64,000 nucleotides of DNA, taken from NCBI RefSeq assembly GCF_006345805.1, contig NC_043017.1:7750001-7814000 (forward strand), read 5' to 3'. The notes below the pieces were generated by a model. The model was not told the DNA's origin. It made no database searches and worked only from the letters and a program-made list of their open reading frames with translations. The translations under genes and the position numbers were made by a program. Below, piece after piece: positions 1 through 12,089 of this stretch (the first letter of the stretch is position 1; every line of letters begins with the position of its first letter). The stretch is from Octopus sinensis. Its lineage: Eukaryota.

Positions 1-275
1 TGGTACTTATGCTATCAATCTCTCGTCAAACCACTAAGTTATGGGGATGTAAACAAACCAACACTGGCTGTCAAGTAGTGGTGGGGGACAAACACAAAGT
101 TTACACACACACACATATATATATGATGTATTCCTACACAGTTTCCTTCTACCAAATTCACTCAAAAGGCATTGCTTGACCCTGGGCTATAGTAGAGGAC
201 AGCTGCTCAGGGTGCCACACAGTGGGACTGAACCCCAAACCATGTGGTTACAAAGCAAGCTTTTTAACCACACAG
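1..275 (-). mobile_element. tRNA-derived CORE-type SINE (family B here), runs off the window edge
   Basis: Reverse complement of the family-B copy at 19279-19690 (tRNA-like head, GGCACCTTGGGCAAGTGTCTTCTACTATAG-like core). Confidence 0.8.
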
Positions 276-343
276 ATACAGACACAAACATATATGTATC
301 TACACACACAAACAACTAACAGAGAAAAGCAATTACAACTCAC

Positions 344-541
344 CATATTCTTAATTTCTTGAACAGCAAAGCCAAAGTTGGTAGCTTGGAATCCAGAGGT
401 GGCAAAAGATTTTAATAGTTTGTGGTAATCTATACCATTGTTGAAATCATAACCTTTAACTTCGGTATATTTGTCAGCAGAAAGAGGTTCACTTGTGAGT
501 AAGACGGCCTCTTTAGCACACTGAGGAATATTGTCAGACAT
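344..541 (-). CDS. DHPS: Deoxyhypusine synthase, first coding exon (66 codons, phase-0 donor)
   Basis: MSDNIPQCAKEAVLL...EVKGYDFNNGIDYHKLLKSFATSGFQATNFGFAVQEIKNM matches the DHS N-terminal signature (V.GYDFN.G..Y..LL..F.T.GFQATNFG.AV). Donor ATG|GTGAGT at 344/343. Acceptor TTGTTTTGTTGTATTCTCCAG ends at 550, so the exon is 549-344 with 8 nt of UTR. The ORF-track tail VSCNCF... is intron read-through. Confidence 0.93.
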
Positions 542-605
542 TTTTCAGGCTGGAGAATACAACAAAACAAATAACACTATTAGAAGAGAGTAGGGTATCT
601 TTATG

Positions 606-750
606 TGGTTGTTGTTTAAACTACTAGAAATAGAAGCCAAATCTTTGTCAACAATACATTGTATGTCTGAATAAAAGAGGGGTCACCGTAGTTATAATAC
701 CTTTAGCTATAGGTCTACTTACTTAGGTCTCACCTGAGTTTAAACAACAA
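606..750 (+). mobile_element. Dispersed SINE-like repeat with (AAC)n tail (family D), partial
   Basis: CTAGAAATAG(C/A)AGCCAAATC...AAACAACAAC motif recurs near 7530, 20690, 34400, 42030, 45130, 50660 (+) and 31000-31320, 37080, 51100, 54600 (-). Confidence 0.6.
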
Positions 751-787
751 TAATGGATATGAGTGGGAGGATATATAAGCACGTGAA

Positions 788-1040
788 ATCATCATCATCA
801 TCACTTAGCATCTGATTCCAATACTGGCATGGGTTGGACGGTTTGACTGGAACTGGTATGCTGGAGAGCTGCACCACATTCCAGTCTGATCTGGCGTGGT
901 TTCTATAGTTGGATGCCCTTCCTAACACCAGCCATTCCAAGAGTATAATGGGTGCTTCTTATGTGTCACTGACACGAGTGCTCTTATGTGCCACTGGCAT
1001 CAGTCATGACTAGCATTTCACTTGGCTTGTTGAGTGTTCT
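788..1040 (-). mobile_element. Retroposon with (GAT)n tail (family C)
   Basis: CATCATCATC...GCATGGGTTGGACG...GGATGCCCTTCCTAACACCA; related copies near 5150, 21560, 29320, 30440, 33280, 35350, 37550, 50250, 56090, 59600. Confidence 0.7.
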
Positions 1041-1298
1041 TAAGCACAGCATATTGCCGAAGGTCTCAGTCACTTGTTGCTGCCTCCATGAGGACCAATG
1101 TTCAAAGATCATACTTCACCACCTTGTCCCATGTCTTCCTAGGTCTACCTCTACCACAGGTTCCCTCCACAGTTAGAGATTGGCACCTCTTTACACAGCT
1201 GTCCTCATCACATAACCATACCAATGCAGTCATCTCTTTTGCATACCACATCTGATGCCTCTTATGTCCAATTTTTCTCTCAAGATGCTTATATATAT

Positions 1299-1410
1299 AT
1301 CACCGTGACCGACCAGGCTATCAGATGTTGCTACACATCGGTGGTCACAATGCGTTTCGCATTGTTTTAGCCTTTAAATGACGCCACCCCACTGGCTAAG
1401 CGAGCAGGCC
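1299..1410 (-). mobile_element. 3' part of SINE family E
   Basis: Reverse complement matches 17925-18040 and 30140-30240 (GGCCTGCTCGC...GAAAGCTA...GTGACCA). Confidence 0.65.
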
Positions 1411-1419
1411 AATATATAT

Positions 1420-1640
1420 ATATATATTTCGTTTTTGGATTTGGTTTGCAAGATTCTTAACGTGAGTTCGTGTGTTGAAGCACATTCTGTTGTGTCTGGG
1501 GAGAGTCATTTTCTTTTTGTGGCTTATAATTTAACACACTCACCGGCAAAATTTCAACTTATTCCTTATTTTTATTTTCCTAAACTTTTCGTTGTGTGGA
1601 GAGCGACTTTCTTTTGTCCATTCACACACCTCTTGCCGTT
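1420..1640. repeat. Dispersed repeat (family F)
   Basis: GGTTTGCAAGATTCTT...GAGTTCG...TTGTGTCT matches the reverse complement of 53740-53800; also related to 32270-32515. Confidence 0.55.
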
Positions 1641-1850
1641 TACTTGCTTCAGTTGATAGACTGCGTCCATGCTGGGGTACCACCCTGAAATTTTAGTCGA
1701 ATGAACCGACCCCAGTACTTATTATTTTTTTTAAAGCCTGGTATTTATTCTATCAGTATCATTTACTGAACCGCTAGATTACGGGAACGCAAACGCAATA
1801 CCTGTTGTCGAGCGGTGTTGGTGGACAAACATAGACACAAGCACACACAC
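1640..1850 (-). mobile_element. 3' half of family-B SINE
   Basis: CCATGCTGGGGTACCACC...GTACTTATT...GAACCGCTAG is the reverse complement of the family-B 3' region. Confidence 0.7.
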
Positions 1851-2179
1851 AATATATATATATTTATAAGATTACATATTACGTCTATAGTCCCAACAAT
1901 AAATTTATAACATATAAGGCGATATAAACAATATAAGAATTAGACTGCGCAATATCTGCGTAGTACTAATTACACTGCTGTGGTTGTATATATTTAATTG
2001 GCTATAAAGTCCCAACTCAACAGGTATTTAATGTATATTCAAGGTGATATATATATATATATATATATATACATACACATTAGATAATACATTACCTATG
2101 CAGTTCCAATATACCATAAACGATTATATATACATTAGCCAGGACCATAAATGGTCCGTAACGAGAAATTTTATTTACA

Positions 2180-2405
2180 TTATAGGCAGCTTAGCCGGTA
2201 GAAACGTTAGCATGTTGAACAAAATATTTAGCGGAATTTCACCTGCCATTACGTTCTGAGTCGTACTGTGTCGGTCAACTTTGCCTTTCATTCTTCCGGG
2301 GTCGATAAAATAAATACCGGTTAAGCACTGGGGGGGTCGATGTAACTGACTAGACCCTCCCTAAAATTTCAGACCTTTTGCCTATGTAGAAAGCATTATT
2401 ATTAT
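2180..2405 (+). mobile_element. SINE family A with (ATT)n tail
   Basis: Shared central motif GTC(G/A)ACTTTGCCTTTCAT.CTT.CGGGGTCGATAAA followed by GAAAG(G/C)ATTATT tail. Confidence 0.75.
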
Positions 2406-2499
2406 ACTTGTCATGAAAGAATATACACAAGAAAGTTCAAACAATATATTTTACGTATATTTAAGGTCATGTATATATATATATTACATCGTACATTAC

Positions 2500-2645
2500 C
2501 TATATCGTCCCAAACACACAGCCGCTATGTAATAATGTATGCTCAAGATGACAACAATGCGGTCGCTTCTTGTTTCTTGAAGCACATTGGCAACGTGAGT
2601 TTCGTAACTTCCGGCTTATCGATCTCCGCAGAACCGGAATGACTA
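2500..2645 (-). promoter_or_regulatory. Probable DHPS non-coding first exon and core promoter
   Basis: CpG-rich non-repeat patch. Minus-strand donor AG|GTAATG at 2500/2499. ETS-type ACTTCCGG at 2608-2615 and CCGGAAT at 2634-2640. The DHPS ATG exon has an acceptor, so an upstream exon must exist. Confidence 0.5.
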
Positions 2646-3747
2646 ACATAAAAATCATTACTACAAAAATATTTGAAATAAAAAGAACAAAGAAACAAAT
2701 CTTGAGATCTTCATTGCAAAACAAAAATGAATTTATTCAAATTTAAAAAAAGATGCTATTTTTATTACATGCGAAATTATTGATATAAAATCTGAGCAAT
2801 TATTTCGTGATGAATTAATCATCGGCTTTATATTCGCTGCGGCTTGTCTATCATCTCGTCTGCTGTCTGTGTGGGACAGAAGCTTCTATTTTCCTCTTTC
2901 TTTCTTTTTTTCTCCTCCTCCGCTTCGTCTTTCTTCTCTCCTTTCCTCCTCATCCTCATATGTTCCCCGCCTCCTTCCTCGCTGTACTTTCTCTTATCCA
3001 CCTCCCACACTGCCGTATCAATATCTATAAATTAATCAATAACTTAACAACATGACAATTGGTCGTTTTTTCATTTTATCTATGGATAACTAGAAGGGAA
3101 ATAATATTTAACCTAATTCTTTTTTTTCATTAAGATGTAACTCAGTAAATGTTATACAAGAAATTAGGGCAGTGAATTGCGGGAAATTGGATGAAACAGT
3201 AAAACATTAGACTTAATGAGAGAAATATTTTCCAGGTAGGCCTTCTGCATGAAAAACATATAGTTAAGTAGAATGCAGCATATTTAATATAGTCGTCACA
3301 CTCTCTGCCTAAACAATTTCAAACCGTTAAAATTTCAGCTGAAATCTTTGCCTCTACATACCAATCATTAGTGTTAACGATAATTCTTATTTAGAGTGGC
3401 AAGGGAGATAACTTCGAAATCTAACTTGAAAAATTACTGAATAGCAGCACTCAGTGAAGGGTGAGAGCATTCTTGTACTTAGTGACAACACTATACATCT
3501 TTCAGTCTTATCAAACCTCCTCAGCAAAGGCTTATATACATGACTGAGAGTATAAAATGTGTGCAAATAATGACACTGGAATTTTTCTTGGCTTGCTTTC
3601 AGCAAAAAGAACATATAGTGAAGTGAGGCATAAAATATTCTATATAGTAAGATCTCCTTCCTCAAATCATCATTTTAACTTGCCACATCAGTAAACATTT
3701 CTCATTCAAAATCTATCTTTATATATATATACATACATATATATATA

Positions 3748-4980
3748 TTGGGTCGTCCCATAAATAATGCAGTTCTTTTATAGTTCTTTTATTTTCCAAA
3801 ATTAAGATAAAGTTCTTTCTTAATCTAAAATATACTCTCCTTCATTTTCTACAATGCTTTTCCATCTATCTGGTACACTTGCAAGGCCCCTCTCCCAAAA
3901 TTCACTTGTCTATGACAAAAAATACTCCTCCAGTACTGTTCTGACCTCCTCTACAGAATTCATATTTTCTCTGTCCAAATGATTTTGAGGACTGCAGAAT
4001 AAATGATAATCAGATGGGGCAATGTCTGGTGAATATGGTAGGTGGAGCATTGTTTCCCATTGAAACTGCTCCACCCTTTAGAATGTCATCCTTGCTGTAT
4101 GTTGCCAAGCATTATCCTGATGGAAGAACACCTTTTGTCTTGAAACCAAAGATGGTCATTTTCCTTCAAAAACTGATTTAAGCTACTCAAGCTGCTCACG
4201 GTAGATCTCCTTTGTTATCATTTCGTTTAGGTTTAAAAGTTCAGAGTGGACTAAGCCTTTCATATCCCACCAAACAAATAACAACACCTTATGTGGGTAA
4301 AGACCTTCTTTAGCCTGGGGTGCCAGTATCCCCCCTTTCCCTACCCACTGTCTTCAGTACTTGACATTTTTATAGAGAACCCATTTCTCGTCAGCAGTCA
4401 CTATTCAGTCCCAAAAAGGTTCATTTGTGAGGTGTGACAGCAAAGAAGAGCACACATTCACCCTCTGAATGCTATTAGACTCAGACTTTTCCAATGGTAT
4501 GCAGGTGTTAATGAATGGTTAAATGACCAAGTTCAAGTTTCTCTGCTAGTTCCTCAACAGTTACAATAGGATTTTGTTCCACCAGGGTTTGTAGAACGTC
4601 CTCATCAAGTTCTACAGGCCCTCCAGAATGAAACTTCTCTTCTAGGCTGTAGTTTCTGACTCGGAATTTCTGGAACCCCCATCAACTCTGGCTTATGTTT
4701 ATTGTCTGATTCCCATATACTGCATTAATATTCCCTAAACTTTCCATTGTGTTGTTGCTTTTATTGAACTCATAAAGCAAAATATGCTGAATATACTCCT
4801 TTGTCACTTCCATTAAAGCTTTGAAAAAATAACTGTTAAAATCAAATGCACTAAGAATAAGGACAAGGTAAAAAATACTACCTGCTTTTATAGCAAGTTG
4901 ATGCAGGTAGGTTATCTCATCCCCCTCCAACTTTTAGTTCATGCAATTGAAAAAACTATATTATTTATGGGATGACCCAA
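3748..4980 (-). mobile_element. Full-length decayed mariner transposon (1233 bp)
   Basis: TIRs TTGGGTCGTCCCATAAATAAT at 3748 and TTATTTATGGGATGACCCAA ending 4980, each flanked by TA. Minus-strand LHLPYSPDIAPSDYHLF (mariner YSPDLAP motif) near 4000-4050. HTH remnant TVEELAEKLELGHLTIH. Stops throughout. Confidence 0.9.
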
Positions 4981-5149
4981 TATGTGTGTGTGTATGTGTG
5001 TGTGTGTGTATGTGTGTGAATTTTATTTTTTGCTTGTTTCAGTCATTAGACGCTGGCCATTTCCCATCCCTCCATCACTCTTTCCTCTCCCTCAATGCTT
5101 TTGGCCTCCCTTCACTTGAGAGGTGTTGCCTTGCAAGTTATTTGCTGTC

Positions 5150-5310
5150 CTCACTAGTGCTGGTGCCATGAAAAAGCAGCCAGTGCACTCTGTAAAGTGG
5201 TTGGCATTAGGAGGGGCATCTAGCTGTAGAGACCATGCCAAAGCAGACATTGGAGGTTGGCACAGTCCTCTGACTCCTCTGTTTTTGTTTAAATCACTCA
5301 ACCCATGCCG
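5150..5310 (+). mobile_element. Family-C retroposon 3' part
   Basis: AAAGTGGTTGGCATTAGGAGGGGCATCTAGCTGTAGA...CAACCCATGCCGACATGG. Confidence 0.65.
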
Positions 5311-5459
5311 ACATGGGAAATTGTATAGATGTGTGTGTGTGTGTGTGTGTATGTATGTGTGTATTATGCATGTATCATATGTGTGTGTGTATTATGTATG
5401 CATCTTGGAACCATGTCAAAGATGCAAAATAAAATATTTTCTCAAATTCTGAAACTGTA

Positions 5460-6100
5460 CCACTGGTGGTGCATATGATGATTGTGATGAACCACCGGTG
5501 GTGCATGCAGTGGTCAACATATGTTAACTCAATTTGCTGCTTGCCTGATTCATTTCCAAATGTCCCAATGTATAACTTACTGTTCATGATACAGAAAATC
5601 AAAAAGAATGGGGACATACTTGTCATTCCCCAAAACAGTCACCATGATTTACTGGACCAATTGCTGGCCCTTGAATGTCTTTGGCCTTGGAGAAAAGGTG
5701 TGATGCTGTTCCATGGATTGAAGCTTCATTTCCAGATCATGAAGATATGCTCAGGTTTCATTCCCAATGACTCGATAGCAAAAAGAACAAAAAACATGTT
5801 TTCATTGATTTTAAATGTTTCCAGCACATCAAAGCAGTCTTCCACCCTTCTCTTCACCAAATTTGGTGTCAACTGCCAAGGTACCCACTTTATACACTGT
5901 TTTCAAAACCCAAAGTCTTCTACCATCTTCTGTAATGCATTGTGACTAGAGTCCAGTTGTGCATGAAGCTTACAGATAGTCACTTGTCTACCTGGATGAA
6001 TGTCTCCAATTTTGTGATTCTTTGTGTTATTTCCCAAATTTTTAAACAAGAAGAAACTAATTACAGGTAAGCCAGCAATGGACACGTGATTTGGGTTGTG
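5460..6100 (-). mobile_element. Second, older mariner/Tc1-like transposase fragment
   Basis: Minus-strand KIGDIHPGRQVTICKLHAQL resembles the mariner HTH (..DRRITIRELAAEL). No TIRs found. Confidence 0.5.
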
Positions 6101-6339
6101 TTCTACAGTTACAAAAAGGGAATTCTACATTGTCTCACATTTCACTTTGGTGCCTTTCTTAAACCAAAACCAGGTATTGAGCTGATTGAGAAAGGTCCAC
6201 TCATTTCATGTGAATCTGAGCATATCAACCCATTTTCTGTTGGTTCCATCTTCATATTTTGCATTTATAGGATATTTACCAGAATGATTCTTTGGACACA
6301 CATATAGAAATAGTAAATATAATGCAACTTTTTCTTGAT

Positions 6340-7340
6340 TTTAATCTTCTTCATATTTACTGATTTCCATAGAATAGAGAGTTTTCATAAGACATCTGTT
6401 TTTGAGTTTCATCTTTGCTGGCAACATTCCTTCTAATATATGGTATTAATGTTTATGTCTGAGGCATTGGTATGTTTCATTGAGAACGGTGTCTAGAGAT
6501 CTTGTATGTGAAGATTTAGCCCATATTTTGCAGAGCAAAATCTGTAATTCTGAGTGCTTGAGAATCACAATATTGCTGAGAACTTGCTTGATTTTATAGA
6601 ATACCATTTGCCTGTCCAACTTGTCTCTTAGAGTATCTAAGTGCTTCCTGGATATTAGAATCTGGTCTAGTACACCCAAGGTATTTGGCATTCAAGCAGC
6701 GGTTTACCTTAGTTCTATATCATAAGATATTCACTTCCTTGTTTCTTTGATGGAATGAAGATACAGGTATTTTGCAATTAAATAATTACCTTTGTTGAAA
6801 AAAGCTTAGATTGTGTAAAGTGATGTTCAGGCTTGTTTTGATTTCATTGAAATTTTCCCTTTGGCATGCTATACATAAATCATTGGCATAAATAAAACAC
6901 TTGGCACTATCATCTTTCAGTTGTCCATTTGTGTAGATGTTGGAGCTAGTACAATACCTTGTGGTACATTGTCTTATAATTTCCATATACAGATTCTCAG
7001 TATCACTAAGAGGCATCTATTTCTTACAATAACACTGATGAACTGTATGAGGTTCCAGTCATTTGTTAAACTGTATACTTATTTTCTTTGAGATTTCAGC
7101 ATCCATGTCTCAGGGTATATTCATTACAGGTAACAAAGCAGGTGATTTGAATGTCCTCTTTTTGCTAGGGCAATGACTGAGAAATAGAAATATGTGAAAG
7201 GCATCCTTGGGAATTCTATCTACTGGCCTGAAGGTTGGGTAGAGTTTCAATTCCAGCTGATGGTCGAGAAGTTTCTTTTTGGAGTCGCAAGATAAGAGAC
7301 CTTTTTCATCCTTTACACTACAAAACTCCAAGTGCAAAGC
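6340..7340 (-). mobile_element. Decayed non-LTR retrotransposon reverse transcriptase fragment
   Basis: FIYANDLCIACQ (YADD motif) and PNTLGVLDQILISRKHL (cf. PKYLGVTLDRTL.F.KH); broken by stops and frameshifts. Confidence 0.75.
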
Positions 7341-8367
7341 CTAAAAGAGAAGTAGCTATGTCCCATGTCTAATCTTATTCTGTTATTCATGTTCTTTTTT
7401 GTTTTGTTTATTCTCATGTGTGTTTATATCTGGATATGTTATGGTGACAACAGGCAAAAAGAGATTAAAATATACATGCAAAAATTCGAGTAGATTTGAT
7501 ATGAGCCGATGAGGGAGCCTCTAAAATGATGCTTGACCTGCTAAAAATAACAGTTAAATTTCCATCAAATCGCCCTTCACAATTTTTAAAACACTATATT
7601 AGATAATGTAGTATTAGATAGAAACCTGATGCCTGACCAAAAGGCAGGATAGCCATGGATGGAAAACTTTTTGTTATAGGTCTTCTCAATTAAGACCAAT
7701 TTGCTATTAAACAACAATAACAACTATTCTTTTGTTTAAGCAGTGACATGGCTTTGCAGTTTCATGGTGATAAATGGTATAATTTAGTGCCATGTTGACT
7801 ATGCAGTGCTTTATGACTCATTGACCTTTCATGTGAGAGGTCAGCACTCTATTGACACACTTTGTTGCAGGCTGAAACTCTCACAGAATTCTACAATAAT
7901 CTACAGTTCCAACAACAAGTCATTAATTTACCAGAAACATTGTAACGATAGACAAAGGATGAATTCATTGCATCTTTGATTAATGTCACAGACCACTCTC
8001 TTACATTGATGCTGGCAGATGAAATGGATATGCAAACAAGAATTTCCTAAAAGTATCAGATAATATAAGGAACAAATAATTTGCCTCATTAACTTAGTAA
8101 TGGATGGTTGATAACTAAGTAGGCATTTATTTGAAAAGCGTTCAAGAACTTTTGCTTCATCTCTGCTCTCTGCCGTGCATGGTGTCTCTTTTCATAATCA
8201 TCATCTTAAACAAGTGTTTATTTTCTTTTTGAGTTTTAGTTCAGTGAATGTTTACAGGAAACAAAAGAACTGGAATAGTGGGAATGCAATTTTCAAATAA
8301 AACTGAGTGCTCATGTATTTTTCTTTCTTTTTTTTTACTATTTTTTTTATTATTACTTTCATTTCTT

Positions 8368-8402
<35 letters not shown>

Positions 8403-8424
8403 ATGCGTGTGCGCACGTGTGATA

Positions 8425-8576
8425 GTTTTTCACATATTTTCTATTGACCAAATTCACTTACAAGGCATTGGTCAGCCTGGGTCTCTAGCAGAAGACTCTG
8501 ACCCAAGGTACAGTGCAGTGGGACTGAACTTAAAACCATGTGGTTGCAAAGCAAGCCCTTTAGACACACAGCCATG
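8425..8576 (-). mobile_element. 5' part of family-B SINE
   Basis: Reverse complement of the tRNA-like head and core. Confidence 0.7.
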
Positions 8577-8949
8577 ATGCCTGGAATAAAAATTATGCAA
8601 ATGAGTTGCAAAAACAAGTCAATGTTTAAGATTTTGGTAGATTTCTGTACAGTTTAGGAAAACAAAAGAGAACAGTTGATTGTAATTAAAGGAAGAATGG
8701 ACATGAAGTGATGACAGAGATTACTAGTGGGTAGGGGGTACACGATGTGGGTGGGAATTGGTGGGTAGGGGGTAGGCAAAAAAGATTTGAGTCAAAGGGG
8801 TTTATTTTTCAGATCTGAAAACGTTTGATTTTACAGGGGCAGATGAAATTGATGCTAGGTTAAAATACAAGGAGAAATTTATTTGCAGAACTGTAAACTC
8901 ATGCTGGTAAAGGTAAAAAGAGAAAGAAATTAAAATATGTACATTGAAT

Positions 8950-9409
8950 CAATGATGATGATGGTGATGGAGTAGAATACTATAATGATTATGGTGGTGG
9001 TGGTAGTGATGCTGCCGCTGATGGCAAAATATGATGATGATGATGATGATGATGGCATAGTTATGATGATAATGATAATGTTGATAATGTGTGATGATGA
9101 TAATGACAGTAACGATAAAAATGAAAATGATGAAGACGATGCGGACGATGAAGATGATGAGGATGAGTGGTGGTGATGATGATAGTGATGGTGATGGTGA
9201 TGGGTGATGGTGATTGGCAGTGGTTGTGGTCGTGATGGTGATGATGATGATGATGATGATGATGTTGATGATGATGATAATGGTGTTGGTGGTACAAATG
9301 GTGGTAGTGAGGATGGTGGTGGTGGTGGTGGTGATGATGATGATAATCTTGATGAAGGCTAACTAATATGCTAAAAGGATGCAATTAGAAGAGAGGTCTC
9401 ATATCAACA

Positions 9410-9475
<66 letters not shown>
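8950..9475. repeat. (GAT)n/(GGT)n low-complexity tract followed by (AAT)n
   Basis: Directly visible trinucleotide repeats; source of the spurious His/Asp-rich ORFs. Confidence 0.9.
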
Positions 9476-9477
<2 letters not shown>

Positions 9478-9734
9478 TGATTTTTACATTCTGTGATTTT
9501 TTTTTTTGACTGATTTATTTTATTTTATTTTATTTATTTACTTACTGCAAGCACTGTTAATGTGCAGCTGATGCAAAACAATGTCAGAAGTAATGCATGC
9601 AGCCAGAGTGCAACCACACCAGCACCAGGCCAAAATGAAACCTGTTGTTCCCTCCCCCTTTTCTCCTTGCCTCCCACCCCTGCTCCATTTATCCAGTTGT
9701 ATTACACTGCATCTTCTTTTCTCCTGGTGCGTGG

Positions 9735-9767
<33 letters not shown>

Positions 9768-10132
9768 TACACACACACACACACACACACTCACACATGC
9801 ATCTGGCATCCACTTACATCACCCCCACCTTGCAGAATCACACATAGGCACACACACACACACAAACACTCAGTCGCCACCGACGCATGCATACACTCGG
9901 AATAGTGTATACTCTTATTTAATCAATGTGAAGAACAGTTCTTAAACGTACACCAATTGATATTTCTTGAGAGTATGCATAGAATTATAACATCTACACC
10001 ACTCGTATTGATCAGAAGATAGAATAATTAGTTTTCTGTTTGCTACTTACTATTAAACAATCAGTATATATTTAAAAAAAAAAGAAGTTTTTTCATCATA
10101 CAATGTATTGATATTATTATTATTAATTATTG

Positions 10133-10182
<50 letters not shown>

Positions 10183-10194
10183 GTTATTGTCTGT

Positions 10195-10345
10195 GTTTAT
10201 GTTCTCAGTTCAAATTTCGTTGAGGTTGACTTTGCTTTTCATCCTTTCGGGGTCGACAAATTAAGTACCAGTGAAGCACCAGGGTCAATGTAATTGACAA
10301 GTCCCCTCTCCAAAAATTTCAGGCCTTGTGCCTTTAGTAGAAAGG

Positions 10346-10381
<36 letters not shown>

Positions 10382-10400
10382 GTTGTTGTTGTTGTTGTTG
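10195..10400 (+). mobile_element. 5'-truncated family-A SINE between two (ATT)n tracts
   Basis: GTTCAAATTTCGTTGAGGTTGACTTTGCTTTTCATCCTTTCGGGGTCGACAAATTAAGTACC...GAAAGGATTATT. Confidence 0.8.
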
Positions 10401-10589
10401 ATATTATTTAAGTATAATACCAGTCAGATACTGGGTTTGATTTAATCGATCATATCGATTTTACTCCCCCTTCCCCCACTCCCATTAATTTTTCGCCTTG
10501 TGCCAATATCACAAATCATTATTAAGGAGACCTTTGCAAGTAGATTTTTTTTTGATGAATCTCTTAACCACTACCAGCATTATCACACA

Positions 10590-10897
10590 CATTCCCCACC
10601 ACCACTACCACCATCACCACCACCATGACCATCACCACCACTATCATCATCATCATTATCATCATCATCATCATCTAAAAAGAAAACTAACAAACAACGA
10701 AAAGCCTAATCATTTTTATTAATTTGTTTGCCGATAATTTTCGTTTTTCTCCTGTAAAAATATTCAACATTACCACCCACACAGTTCTGGAGAAAGTATG
10801 TTCCTTTGCCTTCCATACCATAAACCATACCTCCCACACATACGCCAGCAACACAGTTCTTCACACTCCAACACAGCTCTCGTTATTATACACCACC

Positions 10898-10928
<31 letters not shown>

Positions 10929-11050
10929 CTACCACCGATATCATCATCATCATCATCACCAACATCTTTACAACCATCATCACCATACCTTTCTGTAATA
11001 CATAATAGTAGTCTTCAGTATCACCCCCCCACCACAACCACCTCTACCTC
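10590..11050. repeat. (CAC)n/(CAT)n low-complexity tracts
   Basis: Directly visible. Confidence 0.85.
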
Positions 11051-11649
11051 AACCTCCACCCCCGCACTTCTCTCCTCCTCATCATCTACAATATTCCCTC
11101 TTGTCCCCCCTCACACTCCCCTTATTTCTGCCATAGTAGTCTTTCTCTTTTCCTCCTCCTTACCTCTCTCTCTCTCCTCCGCCTCTTTCGCTTTGATATA
11201 GAAAGACTATTTACTCCTTATCAGTTTTGCTAATATACATATATATACATATACACTTATATACATATACATATATATACATATATATATATGTATATAA
11301 TGAAACTAAGGAAAATATAAAACAAAAACAACTGCTTTTTTTACAGTTAGTTTGTGTAAATAAAAGACCATCTCCATCCATTTCTCCATACATATATACA
11401 TACACACGTATATATATATATATGTATGTACGTATATATATATATATATATTATGTGTATATATGTATTTATATATCTATTACACACGCTCACACACACA
11501 ATATACGTATAAATGTATGTATGTATGTATGTAATATCCTCTATCAATCCATTCATCTCTCTCTCGTAGTTCTCTCGTCGCTTTCCCTCTCTCTCCTCGT
11601 TTCCTACTTGCTCTCTCTCTCTCTCTCTTACAGACTCTCTCTCACTCCG

Positions 11650-11907
11650 GTTGTATTTTCCTATTTTGCCTCTCCTCGTCACCTCCTTCTCCTTTTCGAT
11701 CGTTCACTGCCGCCACTATCACACACAACAGTCTCCGTCATCGTTCACCCAAAAAAGCCTTGTTGCTACTACTATTACTATTACTACTAATACTACTGCT
11801 GCTGTTATTGCGCGTTGCGCCATCCGTAATGGTCATCGATGATTGTCTGCTGATCTGGAAGTGTTCCCTACTCGCAAGACTATGGCGTAGCGATTGACGA
11901 CTCCAAC
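11650..11907 (+). promoter_or_regulatory. Probable SCAI promoter and 5'UTR
   Basis: CpG-rich non-repeat sequence preceded by a CT-rich tract and leading into CCAACATG; no acceptor evident before the ATG. Confidence 0.55.
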
Positions 11908-12005
11908 ATGTCGCTAGATATGACAATGGATGAGAATGAGAAAAAGGTCGTAAATGAGTTCTGTCATTTACTAGAAAAATCAAAACAGCTTTTCAATGGT
12001 CTAAG
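11908..12005 (+). CDS. SCAI: Protein SCAI (suppressor of cancer cell invasion), first coding exon (32 codons + 2 nt); absent from the ORF track
   Basis: MSLDMTMDENEKKVVNEFCHLLEKSKQLFNGL(R) matches the SCAI motif E+K.V.+FC.LL+KSKQLFNGLR. Strong donor AAG|GTAAGG at 12005/12006, phase 2. Confidence 0.92.
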
Positions 12006-12043
12006 GTAAGGAAAAAAAATATGCATATATCTATAAATATTAT

Positions 12044-12089
<46 letters not shown>

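Noticed and set aside
2141-2166. GGACC-ATAAAT-GGTCC-GTAAC as a hammerhead stem II
   Set aside because: No CUGANGA core upstream and GAAA is mutated; too degenerate to call.
5466-5945. 159-aa plus-strand ORF
   Set aside because: Antisense to a decayed mariner-like fragment; no protein homology recognised.
7100-7943. Candidate plus-strand exons 7100-7129 and from 7871
   Set aside because: The first sits inside the LINE fragment region and the second borders possible hAT-like remnants (LTLMLADE). The joined products are tiny and unrecognisable.
9061-11005. His/Asp/Thr-rich ORFs (also 27534-27803, 33154-33408)
   Set aside because: Translations of (CAT)n, (CAC)n and (GAT)n microsatellites.
11227-11790. 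187-aa ORF and the many Y/I/C/V/H/T-only ORFs across the window
   Set aside because: Translations of (TA)n, (TG)n, (CA)n and (CT)n tracts.
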